This document shows, one piece after another, positions 15,938-23,694 of a DNA stretch of 40,946 nucleotides. The notes under the pieces are model-generated. The model was not told the origin of the DNA and made no database searches. It saw only the letters and a program-made list of their open reading frames with translations. Each line of letters begins with the position of its first letter. The stretch's first letter is position 1. This DNA is from a virus (Duplodnaviria > Caudoviricetes). The DNA is taken from the IMG/VR virus record IMGVR_UViG_3300043485_000015, positions 1 through 40,946 of that record; one strand, written 5' to 3'. A program made the translations under genes and the position numbers.

Positions 15938-16316
15938 AGCGGTTCCCCCGTATTGAGCGCGCCACTTCGCTCACTGCGATTTGCCGCACTTCGGACTCGG
16001 TCAGGGGTGATCCGTGGTCCTCGTTGGCATTGAAAGCCTCGGCCAGAAGCTGATTTTTCGGCGCCCGGCGATCGATCATCGGGCGGAGTGCGCGAACGAT
16101 AGCGCCTTGGACCGTCGCCCGCTGAACCTCCCGGCGGTCGATTTCCATCGCAAGGATGTGACGCCAGATGCGCAGCTTATCGGCCAGCAGTTCGGGCGGG
16201 GGATTGCTTTGCAGGATCGCCATGGTGATGGCGGCGTGCGCCTGTTCAATGGGGAGATCGCCGCGCGTCACCGGACGGACAAGGGATGTCGTCAGGGCGC
16301 TGATCGTCGGCGTCAT
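15924..16316 (-). CDS. Helical protein coupled to the helicase (PriCT-like C-terminus?)
   Basis: 130 aa; ...NEDHGSPLTESEVRQIAVS resembles primase C-terminal helices. Confidence 0.6.
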   Translation of the reverse strand: MTPTISALTTSLVRPVTRGDLPIEQAHAAITMAILQSNPPPELLADKLRIWRHILAMEIDRREVQRATVQGAIVRALRPMIDRRAPKNQLLAEAFNANEDHGSPLTESEVRQIAVSEVARSIRGNRYVRR

Positions 16317-16413
16317 GGGGCAAAGCTCCGCCTTGACGGCAAAGCGGGATTCTGAAAGAACAGGGGGGGAAGGTCCTGTCGTCGCATTGGCCCGCCGGCC
16401 AATCGATTGAATA

Positions 16414-16444
16414 CAACGGCTCCAGTTGGAAGCTGGGGCCGTTG
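16414..16444. promoter_or_regulatory. Stable hairpin in the leader of the replication genes
   Basis: CAACGGCTCCAG-ttggaag-CTGGGGCCGTTG; a second hairpin ATTGGCC-cgcc-GGCCAAT at 16386-16403. Confidence 0.6.
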
Positions 16445-16485
16445 CCTATTTGGGCCTACATCCGCGCCAGAGTCCATACGGCGGC

Positions 16486-16695
16486 TCACGTCGGCACCCC
16501 GGTTTCTTCATCGTCGAGCCATGGCAAACGAAATTCTTCCGGGACTTCCACATTCGCGGTGATCCGCCATTGCAGTTCCCCGCCCATCCATTGCGCCTGG
16601 CCCCGGATGTGCGTCACGAATCCGAAACTGTCCGTGAAGCCGCCGATCAGATCGTCGCCAACCCTGCGCATCCAGCCGGTTTGGTTGGCGGTCAT
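16486..16695 (-). CDS. Hypothetical protein
   Basis: MTANQTGWMRRVGDDLIGG...; ATGA-coupled. Confidence 0.6.
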   Translation of the reverse strand: MTANQTGWMRRVGDDLIGGFTDSFGFVTHIRGQAQWMGGELQWRITANVEVPEEFRLPWLDDEETGVPT

Positions 16696-16871
16696 TGCCG
16701 GGATACCCGTATCGCAAGCTGCATCATCAGGAACGCGCATCCGGCGGTGGCAAAGAGCGCGCCGGACCAGCCCCAGACGAGCGCGCACCCCGCGATCAGG
16801 GTGCCAATCATCGTCAGACCGAAGGCGGCGATTATCCACACGTCAGCGCCGGGTTTTTCTGGAGCGGTCAA
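16692..16871 (-). CDS. Small two-TM membrane protein (59 aa, below the ORF-track cutoff)
   Basis: TTG start overlapping the VRR-NUC stop; ...VWIIAAFGLTMIGTLIAGCALVWGWSGALFATAGCAFLMMQLAIRVSRQ. Confidence 0.55.
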   Translation of the reverse strand: MTAPEKPGADVWIIAAFGLTMIGTLIAGCALVWGWSGALFATAGCAFLMMQLAIRVSRQ

Positions 16872-17380
16872 AACCGCACCCGTGCCCGCAACGCCTCGGC
16901 CCGGCGCACCTGCGCCACGGACGGCTTGGCGGCGAACCGGCGCGGGGAGACCACGCCCTTGCGCTCCGCCCGCTTGATCGCTGCCCCGGCGAGCGTCGCG
17001 TCATGCCCGGCGGCGGCCAGGAACGCAGATTGCGGCAGCGCCACACCGCCACGCTCCACGAGCAGCCGCGCGTACTCGGTGACCGTGGTTGCCCAGCCCC
17101 AGACGCCACCAGCCGCCACGATCGCCGCGCCGACGCGTTCCTGTTGCGCCGTGGGACGGTTCCCGGGGGCCTTGAGTTCGCAGGTGATAAGCGGATAGCC
17201 CGGTATCAGCAGATGCGTATCGGGTTGGCCGGGCACCATGCCGCGCGCCTTTTCCCGAACGTGCTGGAATTCGGACTGCTTTTTCGAGCGGTCGGCGCTG
17301 AAAAAATGGTGCGGGGTCGGGACGTGCTCCCGGACCCACTGATTGATTTTGGTTTGTAAATTATGTTCCGGTTGGGCCAC
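16868..17380 (-). CDS. VRR-NUC (PD-D/ExK) nuclease
   Basis: EHNLQ...GMVPGQPD...ELKAPGNRPTAQQ; GTG start overlapping the upstream stop. Confidence 0.8.
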   Translation of the reverse strand: MAQPEHNLQTKINQWVREHVPTPHHFFSADRSKKQSEFQHVREKARGMVPGQPDTHLLIPGYPLITCELKAPGNRPTAQQERVGAAIVAAGGVWGWATTVTEYARLLVERGGVALPQSAFLAAAGHDATLAGAAIKRAERKGVVSPRRFAAKPSVAQVRRAEALRARVRF

Positions 17381-17583
17381 TACGACGGCACCCGCGCGCT
17401 GTACACGCACCGGCCGTTGCTGGGATCGATCATGCGCACGCGAAGGTTGGTCCCGCCATGCACCCGCGCTTCGTCCACCGCCGAGCGCAGCCCGGTTTCC
17501 GCAGCCTGGAGGGTGGCCACATCGCCGACATACAGCGTGTGCAGCGCACCGTCCGCGGTATCGTAATTAATTAATGCCTGCAT
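17380..17583 (-). CDS. Hypothetical protein
   Basis: MQALINYDTADG...; TAATG overlap. Confidence 0.55.
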   Translation of the reverse strand: MQALINYDTADGALHTLYVGDVATLQAAETGLRSAVDEARVHGGTNLRVRMIDPSNGRCVYSARVPS

Positions 17584-17774
17584 TAGCACGACGACACCGC
17601 CCGCCGTGCCTGGGCAGCAGGCCAGCAGTTGAGGCACCAAGCAACGAGCGGGATCTCAGGCGCCGGGTTGAGAACGCAGACGTTGCCCTGGAACCGCTCC
17701 TCGGCCACGGACCCAGGCGCGCACGCGCACCAGTTTGGGCTGGAGCAGAGTGCGCAGGCGAGAGGGGCGGTCAC
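17583..17774 (-). CDS. Small Cys-rich protein
   Basis: CALC...WCLNCW; GTGA overlap. Confidence 0.55.
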   Translation of the reverse strand: MTAPLACALCSSPNWCACAPGSVAEERFQGNVCVLNPAPEIPLVAWCLNCWPAAQARRAVSSC

Positions 17775-18025
17775 GGCCAGCCACCGCGATACAGCGGCGC
17801 GTGCGGCGCCTCAGCTTTGGCCAGCGCGATTTCCTCGGCCAGCGTCGTGCTTCCCGCCTCCCGATTACCGGACCGGCGGCCGCGAAACCTGATCTTGTGA
17901 AGCGATGCCTGAACCTGCAACGCGCGTTCGGTCGTACCCATGCGTTCCGCCGCGCGCTTCACCGTGCAGCCCTCGGCCGCGTAGGCGCGGACTTCCGCTA
18001 GGCGGGCCGGTGTCCATCGCATCAT
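17771..18025 (-). CDS. GcrA-like HTH protein
   Basis: WTPARLAEVRAYAAEGCTVKRAAERMGTTERAL; GAAGGA RBS. Confidence 0.65.
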   Translation of the reverse strand: MMRWTPARLAEVRAYAAEGCTVKRAAERMGTTERALQVQASLHKIRFRGRRSGNREAGSTTLAEEIALAKAEAPHAPLYRGGWP

Positions 18026-18214
18026 GTATGTTCCTTCGGGGGGGCGCCCGTTGCCGGGTCTGAATGACGGTTCCGTGTCGGCTTGACAGCGATGTCCGAC
18101 CGAACGACGGTGCATTATGCGATTCGAACGCGATTTCGACGGGTATCAAGACGAGATAGGCTCCTATCGTGATAGGACCGTAACAGCAGGGGCGCGTATC
18201 AGGCGCCGATCCCA

Positions 18215-18661
18215 TCAGGGCCGGGCCAACATGCGGGCCATGAGCAAAGCTACCTCGGCCTTAGTCAGAGTACTTGCGTCAACCCTGGGATGGTGGGCCA
18301 CGGGCGCTACAACAGGCGGCGGAATGGGCGCCTGCTTTAGGACGATTGGATCGGAATTGCGGGGCTTGGGAGGCGGATTTCTACGGTTCGGACGATAGTC
18401 CGTGCTGGGAGCCGCAATCTCCACAAGTCCGACATCGCCAAGCAGCCGCTCATCGAATGTAAACCACTCGCCGCGCAACCGAAGGTCGTCAAAGAGCACA
18501 TGCAAACCGTACTCTTCCATCTCGCCGCCTTCAAACAACCTGATCATGTGAATACGGTCGTAGTAATTGCTCTGCATGATTTTCAGGCGTCGCACCGGCT
18601 CGGCGGTAAAGCCTATTTTAACAGGCCCAGTTTCGTTGACGCGAACCATGTAAACCGGCAT
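18215..18661 (-). CDS. GIY-YIG-like (T5orf172/Mug113) domain protein
   Basis: VYMV...VKIGFT..P.RRL...EEYGLH..F...RLRGEWF; TGATG overlap with cro. Confidence 0.8.
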   Translation of the reverse strand: MPVYMVRVNETGPVKIGFTAEPVRRLKIMQSNYYDRIHMIRLFEGGEMEEYGLHVLFDDLRLRGEWFTFDERLLGDVGLVEIAAPSTDYRPNRRNPPPKPRNSDPIVLKQAPIPPPVVAPVAHHPRVDASTLTKAEVALLMARMLARP

Positions 18662-18867
18662 CAGGCGGCGTCCGCTTTTTCTGGAAACAGGTCCGGGCGC
18701 AGCGCCTCGCGTGGCACACCGGATATTCCAGACACGGCATCCAAATGGCACGCCGGGCAGCGCACCCACTGCGATACGGCGGCGGTGGAAATGCCCAACG
18801 CGGCGGCAATTCGCTTGACCGTCAGGCGTCGGGAAAACGCTTCATCGAGAATGGGATCACGCGGCAT
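18661..18867 (-). CDS. cro: Cro-like repressor (YdaS/Cro HTH)
   Basis: KRIAAALGISTAAVSQW..CP...SGVPREALRPDLF; divergent from cI. Confidence 0.88.
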   Translation of the reverse strand: MPRDPILDEAFSRRLTVKRIAAALGISTAAVSQWVRCPACHLDAVSGISGVPREALRPDLFPEKADAA

Positions 18868-18874
18868 GGGATGT

Positions 18875-18903
18875 ATCTTAGCATTGCTAAGCTACGACCG
18901 CAA
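18875..18903 (-). promoter_or_regulatory. PR-like promoter with operator
   Basis: TTGCGG-N17-TAAGAT, overlapped by the palindrome CTTAGC-att-GCTAAG (18877-18891). Confidence 0.75.
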
Positions 18904-18962
18904 GGTATTATAGAATGGACATTCTTAGCGCACTCCGCGCCGATCGCGGCGATATTCAGGCC

Positions 18963-19343
18963 ATGGAAATTGGCGATCGAATTCGCATGGCGCGCCGCAC
19001 CGCAGGTCTGACACAGGTGCAACTTGCCGAGCGGCTGGGGGTCGATAAATCGGCCGTGGCACAATGGGAAAGCCATAATTCACGTAAGGGGATCACGGTC
19101 ACCAATCTGGTGCGCGTTGCCGAAATCCTGGCTGTCAGCCTGCCGGAACTTACCGGGGATAACACCGGCGATGGTGGTCTTCTCGTGAACGATACCGCCG
19201 AGGCGAAACTAGTGCGGCTGTATCGGCAAATGACAGCCGAGCAGCAAACTATGTTCCTGGAATTTCTGGCAATTACCCTGCGGATCGCAAAGCCGGAGAA
19301 ACCGCAAAGCAACCCATCGCACGGTAAGCGCATCGCATCCTGA
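18963..19343 (+). CDS. cI: CI-like XRE repressor with no S24 peptidase domain
   Basis: IGDRIRMARRTAGLTQVQLAERLGVDKSAVAQWE; only 126 aa. Confidence 0.88.
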   Translation: MEIGDRIRMARRTAGLTQVQLAERLGVDKSAVAQWESHNSRKGITVTNLVRVAEILAVSLPELTGDNTGDGGLLVNDTAEAKLVRLYRQMTAEQQTMFLEFLAITLRIAKPEKPQSNPSHGKRIAS

Positions 19344-19362
19344 CGAACTGCTAAGAATGTGA

Positions 19363-19435
19363 CTTAATCCGGCTAAGGATTTTTGTACGTCAGGCCGTAA
19401 AGCGGCTTGCGCTGTTCGCTTAGCGCCAGTAAGAT
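19363..19435 (+). promoter_or_regulatory. PL-like promoter with two operators
   Basis: TTGCGC(19407)-N17-TAAGAT(19430). Operators CTTAATccgGCTAAG (19363-19377) and CTTAGCgccAGTAAG (19419-19433) match the PR palindrome. Confidence 0.75.
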
Positions 19436-19460
19436 TGCCTCCACACACCCGGAGGCTCTC

Positions 19461-19985
19461 ATGCGTTTGCCGCCCCATTTCGAACCACTCCCGCCCAAGT
19501 TGCAGGTAATTTCTTCAGGCACTAGGCACCTTCTCTGTCCCGCCACAACCCCAAAAACCATTGATGAAATGCCGTTTTCGGCAGTTTCTCCCAAATTTCC
19601 CGACCAAATCGCGCCGTTCAATCAAGAAGATGCAGTCAGTATCTCACGCGATATGGGAAGTAAAAATAATGGGGCGGCCACCGCAAGCACCGTCCCTGGA
19701 CAGCACATTTCGGCTGATGCGCAGTACCCATCGGCAGATTTGGGAGATTATCGACCGCTGGGAGACACAGGCGCCGGCGGAAATGATCGAGGCGCTGGTG
19801 GCACTGGACGAGCCGATCTACCGGGTGCTGGTGATTGCGGGCCGCAGACCCAGACGACGGCCCCGGAAGCACTAGACCCGGACGATGAGGCGGCGGACGA
19901 GACCGACGAGCGCCCGCTGGATGAGATCGCCGCGATGTTCGGAGACTGGTGCAACGACAACCGCGGCTTCGGTGACGTGGCATGA
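19461..19985 (+). CDS. Hypothetical protein (first ORF after PL)
   Basis: GGAGG RBS; ATGA overlap at the 3' end; low-complexity middle. Confidence 0.4.
   Translation: MRLPPHFEPLPPKLQVISSGTRHLLCPATTPKTIDEMPFSAVSPKFPDQIAPFNQEDAVSISRDMGSKNNGAATASTVPGQHISADAQYPSADLGDYRPLGDTGAGGNDRGAGGTGRADLPGAGDCGPQTQTTAPEALDPDDEAADETDERPLDEIAAMFGDWCNDNRGFGDVA
19669..19875 (+). CDS. Small protein with Arg-rich C-terminus, nested in another frame
   Basis: MGRPPQAPSLDSTFRLMRSTHRQIWEIIDRW...GRRPRRRPRKH; GGGAAG RBS-like sequence. Confidence 0.5.
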   Translation: MGRPPQAPSLDSTFRLMRSTHRQIWEIIDRWETQAPAEMIEALVALDEPIYRVLVIAGRRPRRRPRKH

Positions 19986-20170
19986 GCGGCGACACCGGCT
20001 GGATCGGCGCGAGGTCGATGAAAACTGTCCTCGAACTGTTGGCCGCCACGATCGCCGAGATGCCGGCCAACACCTACGGCCATCAGCGGCTGCTTATCGT
20101 GCAGGACACGCTGTTGCGTGCCGCGCTACGCCCCGTCGAAGTGCAGCGCGAACCGGCGGAGGCGGCGTGA
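19982..20170 (+). CDS. Hypothetical protein
   Basis: 62 aa; overlapping start/stop codons on both sides. Confidence 0.6.
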   Translation: MSGDTGWIGARSMKTVLELLAATIAEMPANTYGHQRLLIVQDTLLRAALRPVEVQREPAEAA

Positions 20171-20367
20171 TGGCCACATACCTCGCCGGCCGGTTGCTGG
20201 AGATCGCCGCCAACCCGTCACGGAATTCCATGATCGAACTTGTCGAGATCGCCGCCGCCGTTTCCCGGCAAGAGCGGTTTTTGGACACGCTTGTCGGGGA
20301 CGCATCCGAGGCCGCACGGGCGGAGACCACACGCACACGCGCCGGATGGCTGAGGGTTGTGTCGTGA
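20170..20367 (+). CDS. Hypothetical protein
   Basis: MATYLAGRLLEIAANP...; GGAGG RBS; TGATG overlap. Confidence 0.6.
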   Translation: MATYLAGRLLEIAANPSRNSMIELVEIAAAVSRQERFLDTLVGDASEAARAETTRTRAGWLRVVS

Positions 20368-20690
20368 GCCATACCCCTGGGCCGTGGGCCGCCGATACAC
20401 ATGACGTCGGCGGCGGCTCGATCCAAGTCTATCCCGAGGGCCATTTCCTCGATCCCTGGATTGCGGATGTGAAGTGCGAGCACGTCGGGCCGAAATCCCG
20501 CACGGAGATCGAAGCCAACGCCTGCCTGATTATCGCCGCCCCGGATTTGCTTGCGGCGTGCCGGATGGCTCTGACCCAAATGCGCGAGCGCCGATCGTTC
20601 GTCGATATGCCTGAGCGCCCCGGCGATGTTGAATATGTTCGCTCCTGTTTGCGTGACGCCATCGCCAAGGCCGAAGGGGAAACGCCATGA
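20364..20690 (+). CDS. HTPGPW...ANAxLIxAAPDLL family phage early protein
   Basis: Signature motifs at both ends; GTGA overlap. Confidence 0.75.
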   Translation: MSHTPGPWAADTHDVGGGSIQVYPEGHFLDPWIADVKCEHVGPKSRTEIEANACLIIAAPDLLAACRMALTQMRERRSFVDMPERPGDVEYVRSCLRDAIAKAEGETP

Positions 20691-21235
20691 GCGCGCCATC
20701 AGCCTGGCAGGTTCAGCGCGTCGTTGCGCTCGCACGCGAAACGCTCGCCAGCCTCCGCGACGACCACGGACAGATAATCGACACGGAACGCGACGCCCTC
20801 GCGGCCCTGGTCGAGGAAGGCGTGGATGTGGACACGCTGCTCCGGCGCATCATCGCCGCCGCCCTGGACGCCAAGGCCAACACGGCGGCGGCGGATGACA
20901 GGATCGACGACCTGAAAGCCCGCCGGGACAGATTCCGCAAACAGGAACAGGCATACCGCGCGCTGGCACAAGGCACGCTAGACGCCCTCGGGCTGACACG
21001 GTTCCAGACGGCCGAGGCGACACTGTCGGTAACGCAGGGGCGGCCCAAGGTCATTGTCACGGACGAGGCGAAACTACCTGACGAGCTGGTGACGATCGAA
21101 GTCGTCCGCACGCCAAACAAGGCCGCCATCCTGGCCGCGCTACTCGGTCCAAATGGAGAATATGAATTCTCGGAAGTCATTAGCGGCGCCGAACTGTCGC
21201 AAGCGGCGCCGATATTAACGATAAGGTCGAAATAA
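20687..21235 (+). CDS. Siphovirus Gp157-family protein
   Basis: Coiled coil, then TLSV..GRPKVIVTDEAKLP...PNKAAI...GAELSQ...LTIR. Confidence 0.85.
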   Translation: MSAPSAWQVQRVVALARETLASLRDDHGQIIDTERDALAALVEEGVDVDTLLRRIIAAALDAKANTAAADDRIDDLKARRDRFRKQEQAYRALAQGTLDALGLTRFQTAEATLSVTQGRPKVIVTDEAKLPDELVTIEVVRTPNKAAILAALLGPNGEYEFSEVISGAELSQAAPILTIRSK

Positions 21236-21236
21236 C

Positions 21237-22076
21237 ATGAACGCCATCGTAAAAGCCGAGCCGCAACACACCAGCAATGGGCTGATCCCGCGCAACATGG
21301 GCGAGGCCATGCAATTGGCCGAGATGATGGCGCGCGGCAAGATGATGCCCGAACACCTGCGCAATCCCGGCGATGCGCTGATGGTGATCGAACAGGCGAT
21401 GCGTTGGAATATGTCCCCGTTCGCCGTGGCGCAGGCGACGTTCAACATCAAGGGCAAGCTGCTGTTCGCCGGCACCATCGTTGCCGCCGCGATCGAGGAC
21501 AGCGGGGCCATCCAGGGGTTGATGGACTATCAATTCAGCGGGGAAGGGCAGAACCGCAAGGTCACGGTCAGCGCCACACGACGCGGCGAAAGCACCCCGC
21601 GGACGGTTGAGGTCGTGCTGAAAGACGCCGCGACTGAGAATGGTATCTGGAAAAAGCAACCCGATCAGCAGCTCGTTTACCACGGCTCGCGGGTTTGGGC
21701 GCGGCGTTGGACGCCCGGCGTCATGCTTGGGGTTTACACGCCCGAGGAATGGCACCAGCAGCGCGATACGTTCGCCGGAACCACGCTGGAGGCCGAACCC
21801 GAGGCCCAGGCACCGGCCGCGCCAGCCGCCCCGCCAAAGCGGACCATCGCCACATGGCTGGCCGAACTGCGTACCCGCCTGGACGCCGCGCCGGACGTGG
21901 AAGCCGTGGTTGCCATCGCCGCGTCTGAGGAAGTGGTCCGCGCGCTGGACAAGCTGAAAAACGGTGCTCTGGAGGAATTGAACGCGCTGCTGGCCGATGC
22001 GCACGCCCGGCTGGCCGAGACGCCGCACGATCCCGAAACCGGCGAGGTCGAGGCGGAATTCCCCGGCGATCGGTAG
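21237..22076 (+). CDS. recT: RecT/Red-beta family single-strand annealing protein
   Basis: MPEHLRNPGDAL...RWNMSPFAVAQ...WKKQPDQQLVY...WARRWTPGVMLGVYTPEE; HDPETGEV tail. Confidence 0.85.
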   Translation: MNAIVKAEPQHTSNGLIPRNMGEAMQLAEMMARGKMMPEHLRNPGDALMVIEQAMRWNMSPFAVAQATFNIKGKLLFAGTIVAAAIEDSGAIQGLMDYQFSGEGQNRKVTVSATRRGESTPRTVEVVLKDAATENGIWKKQPDQQLVYHGSRVWARRWTPGVMLGVYTPEEWHQQRDTFAGTTLEAEPEAQAPAAPAAPPKRTIATWLAELRTRLDAAPDVEAVVAIAASEEVVRALDKLKNGALEELNALLADAHARLAETPHDPETGEVEAEFPGDR

Positions 22077-22159
22077 GTTTGCCCGAGCCGCCCCGGCATT
22101 GACGAACCGCCGCAGACAGCCAATCCTGGGGGCAAACCAGACGGTGAAACGGGCAAACC

Positions 22160-22552
22160 ATGGTCAAGGCGGACGCATCTTGGACGATCAAATCGGTGCC
22201 GGTGGCAACCCGGCTGAAAGCGGTCAACGCCGCGCGGGCGCAGGATCAGACAATGGCCGAATGGCTGGTTGATGTGATCGAGGCGGCCACCAGCCGGCAG
22301 GACCAGAACGAGGTCATACCGCCGGGCAAACCGGATCAGATTTCAGGCAAACCGCCGCTGTCCGAGGATCAGCGCACGGCGCGGATGCTGGCCGTTGCGG
22401 CGATGATGCAGGGGCTGGCGGCGGTAAAGACGGCTACCGGCCGGGCGTCGGGTCGGGATGTGGTGATGGATGCGGTTTGGTCGCTGGAGCCGGACCGCCG
22501 CCGCATCGCCGGGCGGGGCAATGGCCGCGATATCGAGGGGGAACCGACATGA
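22160..22552 (+). CDS. Ribbon-helix-helix-like DNA-binding protein (PodJ N-terminus-like motif)
   Basis: WTIKSVPVATRLKAVNAARAQDQTMAEWLVDVI; TTGACG at 22099 upstream. Confidence 0.7.
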   Translation: MVKADASWTIKSVPVATRLKAVNAARAQDQTMAEWLVDVIEAATSRQDQNEVIPPGKPDQISGKPPLSEDQRTARMLAVAAMMQGLAAVKTATGRASGRDVVMDAVWSLEPDRRRIAGRGNGRDIEGEPT

Positions 22553-22770
22553 GCGACAATCTGGTGCTGAAATCGGGGCGCGAGATTTATGCCAACCAGG
22601 GCATTTTCGGAATCGACGCGGATCTGTGTGTGAGCACCGGCTATGACAACGGCGTCGAATGGCCGGCGGATAGCGACGATCCGGATGCTTTAACGGCAGA
22701 TGACATGCGGGAAATCGCCGATCTGATGCTGGATCGCTGGACGCGGTTCCGTGCCTCGCTCGGCGAATAA
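22549..22770 (+). CDS. Acidic hypothetical protein
   Basis: MSDNLVLKSGREIYANQGIFGI...EIADLMLDRWTRF; GAGGGG RBS; ATGA overlap. Confidence 0.7.
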   Translation: MSDNLVLKSGREIYANQGIFGIDADLCVSTGYDNGVEWPADSDDPDALTADDMREIADLMLDRWTRFRASLGE

Positions 22771-22858
22771 CCCCCACCTCCGCACGATAATCATCCCATA
22801 TCGCGCGTTATGCAGTTGCAGGGGCGGTTTGCCCTAATTCAGGACAGGAGAGGGGTCG

Positions 22859-23101
22859 ATGGACGGCATTGGATTCACGACACATGACGAACTGCGGATA
22901 CTATCGGCGGCTCTGGATGTGGCATCGGATGATCAGAGCGACGACATCGGATTGTATCATCCTGATGATGCGGCGGTTATCCGGGACATGAAAGAGCGTG
23001 TCGATCGGGTGTTGCGCAGCCGGTTTGTTGCCAAGCAGGAGCAGGCGGAAAATGCGATCCCTACCGCCGACACCGCGCCGCCACCCCAGGCCGCAGGGTA
23101 A
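22859..23101 (+). CDS. Hypothetical protein
   Basis: 80 aa; AGGAG RBS. Confidence 0.6.
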   Translation: MDGIGFTTHDELRILSAALDVASDDQSDDIGLYHPDDAAVIRDMKERVDRVLRSRFVAKQEQAENAIPTADTAPPPQAAG

Positions 23102-23226
23102 TTCGTGACCAGAGGCCCGTGGCAACCTACCCCGAGATGGCTATTTTGGAAGCCGCTTTGCCGACGCTGGGTGTCCACCTATGACTTCCTCGAAGCGTCT
23201 GGATATTGGGAGTATTGGCAGAGTGG

Positions 23227-23616
23227 CTAACGCGGACGACACCGCGCCACCACCCCAGGCCGAGCCGTGATAACCTCCAGCTGCATGACCACCACCCCGG
23301 CGGCCAGGTCGTCCAGCCGCGCGAACGCCGCCCGCGACAAATCCAAAACCCTGCCGTCGATGTAAGGCCCGCGATCCGTGATCGGCACGTCGAGCGTCCG
23401 GCCAGTGCGGAGATCCGTGACGCGGAGCACGGAACCGAACGGCAAGCTGCGGTGCGCGGCGGTAAAAAGCGCCTCACGGAACGGGCACCCATTTGCCATG
23501 GCGCGGCCTTCATGGCGCTTGCCGCCGTACCACGAAACCCTCCCGGAGACGGCGGGGGCAGCCATCGCCGCTCCACCAGCGATGCACGCCAGCATCAATA
23601 CCAACGCGCCGCGCAT
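23227..23616 (-). CDS. rlpA: RlpA-like (DPBB_1) lytic transglycosylase with signal peptide
   Basis: SWYG...MANG...TAAHRSLPFGS.LRVT...ITDRGPY..GRVLDLSRAAF; GGAGG RBS. Confidence 0.9.
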   Translation of the reverse strand: MRGALVLMLACIAGGAAMAAPAVSGRVSWYGGKRHEGRAMANGCPFREALFTAAHRSLPFGSVLRVTDLRTGRTLDVPITDRGPYIDGRVLDLSRAAFARLDDLAAGVVVMQLEVITARPGVVARCRPR

Positions 23617-23637
23617 AACCGCCTCCGGGAAAGTGGC

Positions 23638-23666
23638 GTTATACGCGGTCGTGTTCGGTTATGTAA
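23638..23666 (-). promoter_or_regulatory. Promoter of the rlpA-like gene
   Basis: TTACAT-N17-TATAAC. Confidence 0.55.
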
Positions 23667-23694
23667 TGATTATTCGTTGTCAGGATGTTGCGGA

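Larger units (their letters stand above)
22076..22834. repeat. Cluster of GGGCAAACC 9-mers
   Basis: Forward at 22130, 22151, 22324 and 22345 (AGGCAAACC); reverse (GGTTTGCCC) at 22076 and 22826. Two pairs are spaced 21 bp. Confidence 0.75.

Noticed and set aside
23208-23290. tRNA-like start (GGGAGTATTGGCAGAGTGGCTAACGCG)
   Set aside because: It resembles a D-arm, but there is no anticodon stem, T-loop or acceptor pairing, and it runs into the rlpA coding sequence.
22784-23678. ACGATAATCAT / ATGATTATTCGT inverted, Fur-box-like pair flanking two convergent genes
   Set aside because: Short, imperfect matches in AT-rich promoter DNA; too weak to call.
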